A DNA stretch of 64,000 bases from Vicugna vicugna (lineage: Eukaryota), in assembly GCA_013265495.1 (NCBI GenBank), contig MU058584.1, positions 2,794,508-2,858,507 of the forward strand, read 5' to 3'. Positions 25,460 to 37,930 of this stretch are shown here, piece by piece; the first letter of the stretch is position 1; each line of letters opens with the position of its first letter. Both the position numbers and the translations under genes were made by a program. The notes beneath the pieces are model-generated. The model was not told where the DNA came from and did not search any database. It saw only the letters and a program-made list of their open reading frames with translations.

Positions 25460-26330
25460 TCATCCATTCATTTAACAAGTATTTCTTAAATGTCTACTAT
25501 GTGCTAGTCACCAGTGATACAGCTGTAGGAGAAGAAAAGGCAGGGAAAACACCCCTGCCTTCTTGGAAACAGACAATGGGTACAATTTAAAAGTATGTTG
25601 GGCAGTGGTAAGTACTGTGGGAAAGAGAACAGAAAGTTATCAAGAGTGGTTGATGCATTTACGACAGTGTCATCAGGCAAAGCTTTATCAAGAAGCTGAC
25701 AATCGAGTAAAGGTATGAAAGTGGAGAATTGAGCCAAGCAGATACCTGGGAAGAGGGCATTCCAAGCAGATAGAATGGTAAGTGCAAAGGCCCTGAGGTG
25801 GGAGCACCCCTGGTGGCCCAGTAAAGAGACTAGGAAGGTTGGAGCAGAAAGACATGGGGCAACCAGACCAAATATGACCTTGAAGTCATAACCAGGATTT
25901 TGCCTTTTTCCTGAATGAGAAGGGAAGGCATTGGAGAGTTTTGGTGGAGGAAAGGCTTTACCTGACCCATTTGTTCAAAGCCTCACTCTGGTTGCTTTGA
26001 TAAGGAGAGACTGTAGGAAGACAAAAACGGGAGTCAGGGAGACTTCTCAGGAGGTCATCTGTATTAGTACAAAAGACAATGGTGGCTTGGATTATGTGAT
26101 AGCAGTAAAAGTGGTGAGATTTGGAAAGATTCTGGACATATTTTGCGAAAGAAACAAGATTTCTTCACCCTCTGAATGCGGTGTATGAAAGAAAAAGAGG
26201 TGTCCAGAGGTTTTTTGGTCTGAGCAACTGGAAAATGGGCCATTTCCTAAAATGGGGAGGACCGTGTGATGAAAAGGCTGGGAAGACAGGTTTGGGCCTG
26301 TTAATTTGAGATTCCTGTTAGATACCAGAG
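25460..26330 (+). mobile_element. L2 fragment
   Basis: cattcatttaacaagtattt...gggaagagggcattccaagcaga...gcaaaggccctgaggtggga...ggtctgagcaactggaaaatg. Confidence 0.7.
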
Positions 26331-27409
26331 TGAGGGCCCTCCCTGGTTCTGGGGTCTGTCAACGTGAGATTCCATCCTTAATTCTAGAGCTCCTTCACGC
26401 CCTGGCAGGAGGAGCAATGCGATGTGAGTTCTGGTCTGGGAGTAAGAAGTCCTGGTCTCTGCTCATCACCTGCCTTTGGGACCTTGGAAAATCCACGTCA
26501 CCAGGCCAAGCCTGCCTCCTCAGCTGTAGAATGCTTAGGGCTATTAAATTCTCAAGGGCCACCTCCATCTCAAGCATGCTAAGAATCTCACTTTTTCCTT
26601 CTTGGTAGCCTTCTTTCTTAGAAAGGGTCAAAAAAACTTTTTCTTCGGTGGTCCTTTCAGCCAGCCTCCCCACTCCTCACAGAAAAGTTCTTCAAGAATA
26701 AGGATCCACTTGGGACTGACTAAATGCCTGTTCCTGCTTCCTAGAGAGAGAAGCAGGACCTCCTTACCCCGAAGTCTATTAAGAGTCACCATTTACACAC
26801 TGCACCTGCTTGAGTCCACTAGCTCATTAACTAACCAAGTCCATGTATTTGTGTTATTTAACAGAAAGACTTTTTGATCTTGTAAATGAACAGAAGGCAC
26901 TTTCAGAATGTTTTTTTTTCCTACAACAACCCAGCTAACCCACACTGTAAATGGAAAGATACAGCATTTTAAAAATGCACAGTGATGATCTCTCTGAATG
27001 AGAAGGCTCAGTCTGATTATTGGTAATGCCAATAATCCCAAAAGACTTTGGAATACACCAATTGCAGAGGATTTGTAGCAGACCAAGGTTATAAAAACCC
27101 AGAGAGATTAATCAAACCAGCAGGCTTCCCCGGAGTGAGGATTAGAGGGGAGAAGTTGGCTCAGCCCAGAAGGTCAGACGGATGCTCCATTGCAGGGCAG
27201 CATACCAGGACCCCAAGACCTCAGCTCTGAGACTTGCTGCCTGGCTATTGGAAGAGAAAAGGAGAGGATGCAGTTTGGACCGTCACCTGAGTTCCAGGAG
27301 AGGATAAGTGAACTTGGAGGAGGAAGATGCTCCTGCTCTGTCTGTTCAGGGTACACATTGATTGACCAGGGCAGTTGCAGTACTCGAGAAATCATGGTAC
27401 CCAAAGTCA

Positions 27410-27733
<324 letters not shown>

Positions 27734-27984
27734 TCACAAGGAGAGAGCCCCATAAGTCATCCTAGTGTTTATTTGGCTCTTTCATTCGAAAGGACCCCTT
27801 GGCTCTCCCCCCAGGGGAAACTGGCCCATCACCTAGGCAATGGGAACAAAAGCAAAGAACAACCAGCAGAGAACGCAGAACCAAACTGAGGCCGAGTAAA
27901 TATGCCTTTCTTTGTGCCTTCCCTCTGGAAGTGATTCTCTGGAATCACTCATTCCAGAAAGCATTATTAGAAAAGTCCTAAAAA

Positions 27985-28340
27985 AAGAACATAAATACAA
28001 AACAGAAACAGACTCATAGACATAGAATACAAACTTGTGGTTGCCAAGGAGGACGGGGGTGGGAAGGGACAGACTGGGAGTTCAAAATTCGTAGATACTG
28101 ACAGGCATATGCAGAATAGATAAACAAGATCATACTGCATAGCACAGGGAAATATATACAAGATCCTGTGGTAGCTCACAGCAAAAAAAAAATGTGACAA
28201 TGAATATACATATGTTCATGTATAGCTGAAGAATTGTGCTCTACACTGGAGTTTGACACAACATTGTAAAATGACTGTAACGCAATAAAAAAATGTTTAA
28301 AAAAAAATGACTGTAACGCAATAAAAAATGTTTAAAAAAG
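27985..28340 (+). mobile_element. Truncated L1 3' end with a tandemly duplicated tail
   Basis: acagaaacagactcatagacatagaa...gcacagggaaatata...; AAGTCCT on both flanks (possible TSD). Confidence 0.85.
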
Positions 28341-30245
28341 AAGTCCTGACCTAAGATTTTGCTTCTATTTACTTTATTGGGGTAACTCTTGTGTTTAGTT
28401 ACAAAATGTCCTACCTCCAATCAAGCTATTAGTATACATAATAAATAAAAATATTTATGCCTGTTACGTATTCTCCAGCAGGAAATGAATGTCAGCTTCA
28501 CTAATATTTCCCCATAATCGAAGCTGAAGGATGTAGGAATCTCACTTACAAGTATTATCCTCCACCATAAACTATGAACAGGAACCTGTAAATTTTTTAA
28601 ATGCTGTTGCCTATTGGAGAAATGAATTGGTATATGATCTTTATGGCACGATATGACATTTAATCTTGAATGTGACATAAAGATCTGATGGAAGGGGCTT
28701 TTGCTTGATCCAGAATAATCTGTTAAATGTTTCATTGCCCTTATCACCTGTTCCACACATCCAGTTTTCAATGGCCCCAGCCAGGGATGGCTGACTTGTG
28801 TCAGGAGAGTCGCCACACCCATGCCCACACAGGTACCAAGACTCAATCACCACACTTTTTCTAAGTGGAAGTCCTCAATACTACACACCAGGCAGCTATG
28901 CTCAACTGATTGGAATTGTGGGACTTGAAAAATAGAGTGAAGCAGGTCATTCAAAACATATTTATGTCCGATTCTTGAGTGTGACATGTGATGTTCTTTA
29001 GCTATAGACCTGACGCGACTTTCTGATTTGGTATCAGCCTAAATGACATCAAAGTGAATTTGAAGTCCCTGCGAACTAGCCAATGTAAATATCTGTGCCC
29101 AAGGTGCTTACGTTTCAGAGAAAGTCACCATAAGATGACTTGGTGGCCAGAGACAGCCTCCTGGTGAACTTAGTCAGCACCTAATCAGTTGAGTATACCA
29201 ATTTACTAAACTCCCAGCAATAATAAACACAGGATTTCATCCTGGGCCCAAAGAACCTAATGCTGTCAGCTCTGAAATATTTGTCTTTAAGAAATATGGG
29301 ACCAATTTGTCATTCCCATGGCTCTTCCATATATGAATGAATCCCCCGAATTTCAAGTAACCCATAGCAGAGAAAACTCTCCTTCAGGGTGTGGTTGGAA
29401 TTCTGCTGCTATGGCAACGGCCAAGTCTGCATGATTTGGAAACAACTTTCTGAGGACAAGCAAACATCCGTCATGTAGCTAAGTAAGTTCCAGGCACCAG
29501 GAACTTTTAATGGAGTGACATTTTGCAGTGGCTTTGGTGACAATAAGAGATGAGCTATAGAAAAGAATCTTCCTCATCTTATTCATCAAATCAGAGATTA
29601 GCCTGTCATCAAAATTGCTGAGATGAGGAGTTAGTTAGAGGCAGGAATGATGGAGAGGTAGGGAAAAAGTCAGGAAAGAAAAAACTTGGGCAAAAAATGG
29701 AAGAGGGTCAAAAAAAATGAAATCAGGGAAAATGTATTCATTTCCACCCATGGAAACATGTTAAAAACCTGTAATGCTGTAGAAGGAAAAATGCTAAAAT
29801 ATCAAAGGGTTTATCTTTGTTGGGGACATTGGAGACAATTTTTTTAGTTTTCATTGGCCCTTTTCTAGTTTTCCCACATTTCCCACATTGAGATATTATT
29901 TTTAATTATAATAAATTTTTTTTTAACTTAAAGAGACTCTAGCTTGAGATACTTGCTCATCACAACAGCTGCTCTATCCCAGTTACACATGCAACACAGT
30001 AACGTCAGAAGGAGGCTTCTGAAATGTTGCCTATAAATCTCATCCCCCCAAATGAAGTCATGCTTTCAGTTGATCAAAACTACAGTGACAGAAATTCACA
30101 GCCTGGGCCCCAAGCTGGACCATTGTAAAGGACCCCTTTTTCTTTCATTGGGTACAAAGTAGCCAGGTGGGCCGTGGCACAGGTGACTTCTTTGGGACCC
30201 CTGTTGCATGGGTCACTTGGGAGGCCCGTCTGCTTCTGCACGTAC

Positions 30246-30390
30246 CTGAGGATCTGTCCCCGCAGATGGCACAGATGTGTTTAACCAGAGAGCCAGGGCT
30301 AGTGGACGGGTAGTTCATATTTCCGATGCCGGGAAGCCCTGATAAGGGCTTGATGTCCTCTGAAATGCTGACACTGTTGACCACATTTAG
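30246..30390 (-). CDS. RXRG: RXRG coding exon 3 (145 nt; LNVVNS...[26 protein letters not shown]; start of zinc finger 1; contains Met124 at 30318)
   Basis: Acceptor CCTCCTGTAG|CTA, donor TCAG|GTACGT; ORF 30145..30384 carries the CAICGD motif. Confidence 0.97.
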
Positions 30391-32099
30391 CTACAGGAGG
30401 GAAAACACAATAACACACAGAGCCAGGGTAAGCTCAGTCCCCCCAGGCAGAAAGCAGCAAGACCACCCTTGAGAAAGAAAAAAAAAAAGAGGCTCTATTT
30501 CAAGAAGTAGTTTTCAAGCACAGAATATCTACAATTGCCTAGGAAGGATGTGAATTTAAGGGAGAAAAATAGTAACAGAGAGGAACTAAATCATTTCTAA
30601 ATGCCAAAACCGAAACCAAAAATCACAACACATCTCCATCAGAGCGCTCCGCTTTTACTCATTTGACGCATATGTTTTACTTGAGCTAGAAATCTACATT
30701 GCACAGCACACTTAGGACAAGTCCATTGTGCACTTTTAAATTTTTTATTAACAACCTTCTCCCTACTCAGCAGGGCTTCAAGAGGCGCTATATGACCCTC
30801 AGGCAAAAGACTTAGACTCCGGAGAGAACCAAGCAAAATATGCAAATCAATTCGTTTAGCGAATGAGCAAACAGACACTCACCAAGTGCTCAACATGCCA
30901 GGCACCGTGCCAGGTTCCGGGGGACAAAAGTAAATAAAATGCACACCCTTAGGGAGTTTACAGTAAAATGGAAGAGAAGATATATACAGTGGTCATCACA
31001 ATAAACCTACTGAAGATGCTAAGCCAAATGCCCAAATCATTGCAGTAGCATCAAAAATTAGGTTAAAGCCCCAGGCGATATTTTTGAACTTGTCTGTAAG
31101 GAATAAATTTTCTCCCCACGAATATCCTTGGAGCCAGAGACTGTCCGCCTTGTCTTTCCAGTGCCTGGCGTGACCCTGGCGCGGGGTAGGGAGCTGGTAG
31201 ACTTGAATGGCTCCATAAAGGAATGTTGCGTGGATCGCTTTCCTCGCCCCTTATCACAAGTTAACATTAGCTCTTCACCACGTCTCCCTCCACGTCTCCC
31301 AGTGCTCTTGGGGAGATTACAGAGAAGCCACTGCTGTGTGTTTTGTATCAATGAAAAAACAGTTAAAGAAATATGAGCTGGTCATCCAGTGAGCAGCATT
31401 TCTGGACTCATGGCTACAGGTCAACATTCTGGGCGCTGTGAAGGGAGATACAGAACCTAGATCTGTCTCTCATTCCTCAAACATGCACGATCTCACTGAG
31501 GAGTCAGAACGTGCACAAAAACTAAGAACACGTCCAAGTAATTCAGACAGAGGTGGTGCTGAGTAGGTGTGTGTTTAAGTGCCCAGTAGAGGCACCTGGT
31601 GAATAGCCAGAGATTTAAGGGGAGGTCCAGGGACTTCTGCGTGGTCTACATGAATTTTGAATCAGACTGCCTAACTGAAGTGACTGTTAATCCCCCAACT
31701 GATCCAAGGGTAGGATTTTCTTCTCTATTCAAGGCTTTTGGGACAGAAGGCATGATCAATAAAACATAAAATACAACAGAGCCTGGCTTAGGTTCCTTCT
31801 AAATTGACTAGCTTTTCAATTCACTAAGCAAATATTTATTGAGCACAGGAGGTGGGCAGAGGCTCTGGGTTAAATGCTGTGAGGGATGCAAAAAAGAGAA
31901 GACAGCTTTCAGGGCCTTGCTTTGAAATCAAAATCACCAGGAACTTTTAAAAATTAATTAGGATGAGGGATGAAAACACGTATGTGATGGGAGAGAGCTC
32001 CCTCCTCTTCCTCCTCCTCCTGCTCCCTCCTATTTATAAAAGGCTAAGGCAAGACATCTGGATCTTAGAGTCCGTGTTTTGTTTTGTTTCGGTGGAACA

Positions 32100-32250
32100 C
32101 AGTGGTTCTCAACCCCGAATGCATGCCTGGGAGCTTTGGGAAAAAATTAATTCCAGGGCCCCACACCCAGAAGTGGTCTGAGGGTCCACTGGTACTGGTA
32201 TTTCTTTATGCTCACCAAGTAATGCTAATGGCAACCAGGATTAAGAATCA
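32100..32250. mobile_element. MER5-like hAT relic
   Basis: cagtggttctcaacc...cagggccccacacccaga...ccaggattaagaatc termini. Confidence 0.55.
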
Positions 32251-32259
32251 AGTGGAATA

Positions 32260-32548
32260 AACCAGACAAAGACAAATACTGCATGATATCACTTATACGT
32301 GGAATCTAAAAAATACAACAAACTGGTGACTATAACGGAAAAGAAGCAGACCCACAGCTACAGGGATCAAACTAGTGGTCGCCATCAGCGAGGGGTGGAG
32401 GGGCAATACGGGGGTGGGAGAGGGGAAGTATAAACTATTGGGTGTAAGACACGCTCAAGGATGTATTTACAACACGGGAAATACAGTCAATATTTTATAA
32501 TAATTGTAAATGAACCGAACCTTTAAAATTTTATAAAAAATAAAAAAA
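32260..32548 (+). mobile_element. L1 3' end of a different, probably older subfamily
   Basis: aaagacaaatactgcatgatatcacttatacgtggaatctaaaaaa...caatattttataataa followed by an A-rich tail. Confidence 0.75.
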
Positions 32549-32609
32549 GAGGAAGGAAGGAAAGGAAGGAAGGAAGGAAGAAAGAAAAAGAAAGAAAGGA
32601 AGAAAGAAA

Positions 32610-32677
<68 letters not shown>

Positions 32678-32753
32678 GGAAGAAAGAAAGAAAGAAAGAA
32701 AGAAGAAGGAAAGAAAGAAAGAAAGAAAGAAGAAGGAAAGAAAGAAAAGAAAG
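32549..32753. repeat. (GGAA)n/(GAAA)n microsatellite, ~200 bp, expanded from the L1 tail
   Basis: Direct reading; source of the spurious Phe/Leu/Ser ORFs 32467..32799 and 32523..32759. Confidence 0.95.
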
Positions 32754-33574
32754 AATCAATCACCGATGTAAAGAAAGAATCGAATAGTGAAGAAAACATG
32801 CTTTGGTGTCACACGGGCCTGTCACTGACACCCAGTCTACTCTCATTGGCTGCATGACCTCAAAGAAGTTACTAATCTTCCTTGGCCTTTGGTGTCCTTG
32901 TCTGTAAAATGAACATAGTAATGCATAACTTACAGAGTCACTGGGAGGATTAGATGAGATAATGATGTAAAACGCCTGTCACAATGCCTGGCACACAGGA
33001 GGTGTTCCTTAAATTGTAGCAATTATCGTTCCAATAAAATCCCATTAATTCAGATTTTGAATGTTTACTCTGAGCCAACATTGTCCTAGGTGAAAGGAAT
33101 TCTGAGTGTCTCAGGGAAACCAGTATTATTAGCACATAGATGCACCCCATGAAATGGAAGCATTTTAGATGAGATGATCCCAAAGAAAGAACCCTGTAGC
33201 TGACCATGACTCTGTCCTCAAATCCTCAGACGGATGAGAAGGTCCTGGGAGCGGGGAGGAGGGCACCAACACCTGGGGCTCAGGAGGCCCTCACCCACCT
33301 TCCCCTCCTACTCCCATCTCTAGTGGGACCAGCTCCGCCAGCTCCGGCCTGCAGCGATCACAGCACAGCCATTATTGTTATCACCACTCTTGGCGCTACC
33401 ATCCAAGGAAGGTTTGCTCAGCACTAAATAACATTCAGTCCTCACGAAAACCCTATGAGACTTTCCTGTTTTTCAAATGAGAAAACTGAGCCTTAAAATG
33501 GTTTATTCATCTGTTCTTTTCAGAAATCCTACTGGAGTACAAAAAGGAAGGCGCAGGCACTGCTTCAGGAAACT

Positions 33575-34446
33575 TGCGGGACTGGGGACCAGGCAGCTAA
33601 TGGGTTTGAGCTCTGGTGGCCACCTTCCATCTCATCTGCCATGGCTCTGATGTTAAAAACCAGCTGGGTTAGTTTAGGAAAGAAAGATCACAAGTAAGTG
33701 AGATTAGGGAAGACATCCTGAAGGAGGTGGCATCTGATCTGGGACCTGACAGCCTTCCAAAACGGGTAGGATTGGGGTGGGCCAGTCATGGGCAAACGAT
33801 TCTGACAACAAAGCCCTAGATGGAAACCCAGGTGTCTGTGTCCAGTGGATGGATGGGAGACAAGGCTCGGAGGTGGGCTGTGACCGAGCCTCAGGCTTAA
33901 CTGCCTGCCTAAAGAGAGTGGATTTAATCTGAGAGGCAACGAGGAGCCATGAGGTTTTGAGCAGAGGACTAATGCCCTCGAACTATGAAGCAGCAGCACA
34001 TGGAAAGACGAGAGGAGAGAGACAGCCAAAGCTGCTGCACCTGCGCAGACACCAGGTTAGGTGCCTTCGAGATCTAACAGGCTGGAGCTGGCACCTGGAT
34101 CCCAGGTCATCATTCCTCCTTCCCTACTCTGTCTGTCTCATGTGGCCAGAGCCCCCCAGATCTCCTTGGCCCCTGGTTACTTCCTGCCCCACCTCACTGG
34201 CCATGAGCCCCCTGGAGGAGCCACCCTGCTTCTGGTCGCTCTCTCCCAGCAGCCCCTCTCCAATACCCTCCTCTCCCTGCGTCTGGATGGTGATGAGAGG
34301 CAGTGGCTGGGATAGGTGGGTTGATGCTCTTCTGCGTCAGCCTCTTGTCTGGCTTGGAGTTTGTGTGGACTCAGAGCAATGGTAGATGAGAAGGAAGGCG
34401 GCCACCAGAGCTCAAACCCATTAGCTGCCTGGTCCCCAGTCCCGCA
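33575..34446. repeat. Inverted repeat: 76-bp arms at 33575-33650 and 34371-34446 (72/76 identical), 720-bp spacer
   Basis: Manual reverse-complement alignment; outer 47 bp perfect. Confidence 0.95.
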
Positions 34447-36004
34447 GCCCCAGCTGTCTTGTTCCATTAGGAGCAGCGCTGCTGAAGTGAGCACTTTAGA
34501 GCTGGGATTTACCAGGCGGCTGGCTGCTCCTGAGAACAGGAGAGAAACACACTTGGCTGGCCTGTCTTCCATTTGCAGACTCTCAGCCAAGGACCGAATG
34601 CATCCTGGATGCCCCGGAGCCATCACAGAACATCGGGTCCCACATTTCTGAGCTGCTTTCAGCCCAAATTATTCCACTCAAGGCAGATATGTGGCCGACC
34701 GGCCAGGCTGCAGGCAGGCGCCCCTCTTCCAGGGACTGGATTCCTTCTAGTGGCATTTCTTTAATCTAATGAGGGTCTTTGTCATGAAAAGCACAGAGCC
34801 TGGTCTTCCCACTTCCTCGCTGTGTGATCTCAACCAGGTGACTTCACTTAGCAACTCCGTTTTCTCGTCCACAGCCTAGAGCAGTGGTTTTCAAGCTCAG
34901 AGTGTATGTGCGGCAGGAGGCGGGGAGGCTGAGTGAGAAGGCGCCATATCTCCTACCTTTGGTTCACCAGACCTGCTTTTACTCGACATAAATTAGGCTT
35001 CCAAACATGCTTTCACTGGAAGAAAAGACTTCGTGGCTTTTTTAAACCATTAAACGAGATGACCTTTAAGGGCTGTTCTAGCACTAACATTTGCAATTTT
35101 TGTCATCAAAGTGTTCTCTATAAAATGCAAACATCTGAAAGGATAACCATTCCGTTATCAATTATCACCTGGGCGGGAATTATAAGGGACAGAACCCAGG
35201 TCAGGCAGCAGGGTCGGGAGAGGCCAGCGAACAGACATCACACAAAGATGCAGCGTGACACACACTCAGGAAAATGTGATCTAGACCATTCTGTCTGAAA
35301 ACTGCATAAGTACTTTCCAATTGTATATTTGGTGCTTCTGGAAAGTGCTCCCTCCACTTAGGTACTCCCCAGGGCAGGGACTGAGTCTTCCACATGTTTT
35401 CAATCTCCAGCGCTCAGTTCAATGAACGCGGTTGAAATGAACTTCTCTAGACCCTTTCAGCAACCAAGTACACACACCTGAACCAATGACCACCTAGGCG
35501 CATAACACATCATCTAGGCGTGAGAATGATTCGACCACTTCACCACCACAGAGCACCTCAAGCGCTTAAGAAGTGATTTTTCAAATTCACATCTCCTTGG
35601 ATATTCATGAAAATCCCTACAGGCTCATCAGGGCAGAATGCATTACCCCACAACAGAGAAGAAGGAACAGAGATAAATAAAAGTTACAGTGGTTTGCAAA
35701 AGGTGACACCGTCCCTCGCCTCCGGAATATTGGTTCAGTCCTTTTTACTCCCCTAGATTGAAAATCCAACAAAAGCCAAAAGAGAAGCTCAAACACCGGA
35801 AAGACAGAGCATGAACTAGGACACCCCGCCGGCCGCTCCCCCACTGGGCGCCTCCCTCCTCCCCTCGCCCCGAGACCTCACTCACCCCAGACCCAGGTCA
35901 CGGAAGGAGCATGTTTCCTGTACAAATCCCACTCAGACTCAATCCTGGGCAAGAAAGGCAGGATGCACAGGAATAGTCAGCCCAGAGTGTCCAGAGTCCA
36001 GCTC

Positions 36005-36230
36005 ACCGTGGCTAATACTGAGGGCACTAGATGTCCTGTGTCATCTAGTTAATTGGGCAAAGTGTCACGGCCGTGTCGTTCCAGAGCCCGAGCCCGCAAC
36101 GCTGCTCGGTGTCTGGGCTTCACCAGCACTTGGCAAGCCTAATATAGCTCCCAAAGCCAAACTTGGCCTCTGCACACAGCCCAGTTGGCCAGGACCAGAG
36201 CTTTCAGCTGACCTTTCAACCCCAATCCCT
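36005..36230 (-). promoter_or_regulatory. RXRG: Candidate RXRG gamma2 internal promoter and non-coding first exon: DR1 GGTTGA-A-AGGTCA (36221-36209), TATA-like TATATTA (36146-36140), donor CACG|GTGAGC (36007/36006)
   Basis: Motifs read directly; RXR-gamma2 is known to use an internal promoter with an autoregulatory DR1 and to initiate at the exon-3 Met, giving 340 aa (Met124 here). Confidence 0.65.
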
Positions 36231-37682
36231 CTGTACAGACATAGGGTCCAGGAATAGCGGCCCGGCCACTCACACGGCTATGAAGCTGAATTTTTATTGG
36301 CCAGGCTTGGCTCAATCAGATCGGAGTGTGGTTGCTAAAAGCAGCCTCGGAGGGCCGGTGCCCTTGCCCCCACCCCACCCACAAGCCCTGTCACTGTCTA
36401 TCACCTCACCCTGTTTAATTTCTTCATGGATACACTGATTGCCGTTTGAAACTATCTCATTGGTTCCTTCGCATTTTGCCTGTCCTGTGTGCTACAGAGT
36501 GATCTCCAGGAGAGTAAAGACTTATTCGGTGCGTATCCGCAGACTCTAGGGCAGTGTCAAACAGTGCCTGCTACGGAGTAGGTCCTGCTAAGTCATTATT
36601 TGAGTGAATGTGAATGCCCTTTGCAAAATTTTACTTTCGTCCCAGAACTTCGACCTCTCTTTCAGTCTGTGTTAGCTTTGACCTGCCTTCCTGGAATCCA
36701 TTCACCTGAAAGAAAATGAACAAAACAAATCTCTTCGGGGTCCCACATTCTGAAGGGCAGCGTATCGCCAGCTCTGCTGATGACGGTGGGTGAGAGTGGT
36801 GTAAACACTTGTCCCTCCCCACCGCTGTCCGCGCCCCGCTCCTCTGAGCGGTTGACACCCGCATGGAACACGTGACTGGGAAGTCCACGGGTCCCGTTCT
36901 GCGCCCCTTCGGTTCAGAACATTGCAGTTCATCGGCAAGGTGTCCCACGTCCCGCATGAGACTCTGTAGGAGCATCGATGACTCCTCTTTTACTCCTCAG
37001 CAACCAACAAGATCTCGTGGGGAGGTCGGGAGACTTGGGGTCTAACCCTGGCTCTGGTGTGACTGGTTTATGAGGTTGGACACAGCACCTGAGCCCACTA
37101 GGCCTACCCACTAGGGCAGAATTAGTGGTTCTCAGCTGGGCAAGTTTTTTTTCTCCCTGTGTTTCCACGGTCTTCGCTTCTATCTCAGAGACAGCACGGG
37201 TGTAATACACTCTGCCTTGTTCTAGCTTTAGCCGTGTCCCACACCTGCCTATTTCCCCTCTCAGCTGCTCTTGGACCACATCTGGATCATTTCGGTATCC
37301 TCTGCAGCATGTAGTAAAGCACCAGGCACTTAACTGACTCGAAAAATATCCAATATTGAAAATCAAGAAGAATCAAGGCGGTCCACCCCATGGAAGACAG
37401 ACAGACCCGAGAGACGCTGAAGTCACAGCCAGGGCTGAAACGTTGAAACCACAGCGGTGGCTCCCTTTTGGCCACAGTCCCCTAGACCTTGAGGCATCGT
37501 CAGTTCTCTGGGGCTGCTCTGCCTAAGGACACACTCAGTGGAGGCCCTACAGGAGGGAATTCTGCAGAGACAACCCAGTCCCTTCAGGAGGCACACAGTA
37601 AGCACCTGCTGAGGGCCGGCTCCACGCCAGGAGCAGCCTGGCTGAGATGGCGGGAGAGTGCCCGGCGAGGACGGACACCTAC

Positions 37683-37930
37683 CTGAGAGCTGGGCGGGGC
37701 AACCAAATTGATTCCTGGAGGGGCTGCCAGTGCTCCTGACGGTGGGCCCATGGCAGAAGTGATGACTCGATACGGAGAGCCCAGGGCATTGAGGGGGGTA
37801 CCCACCGCACTCAGAGTCCGTGGGGCACTCACTGGGGTGTCCGTGTAGCTGGGGTGGCTGTCCATTGGCTTCCCTGTAGATAAGGCTGCCGATGGGCTCA
37901 TGGACGTGGAGCCAGAGTGGCCAGGGGAGC
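37683..37930 (-). CDS. RXRG: RXRG coding exon 2 (248 nt; A/B region [18 protein letters not shown]...APPSSQ)
   Basis: Acceptor CTTACAG|GC, donor CAG|GTAGGT; peptide within ORF 37584..38081; cumulative CDS 297 nt (in frame). Confidence 0.97.

Noticed and set aside
32467..32799. Phe/Leu/Ser-rich 'membrane-like' ORFs
   Set aside because: Translation of the (GAAA)n microsatellite
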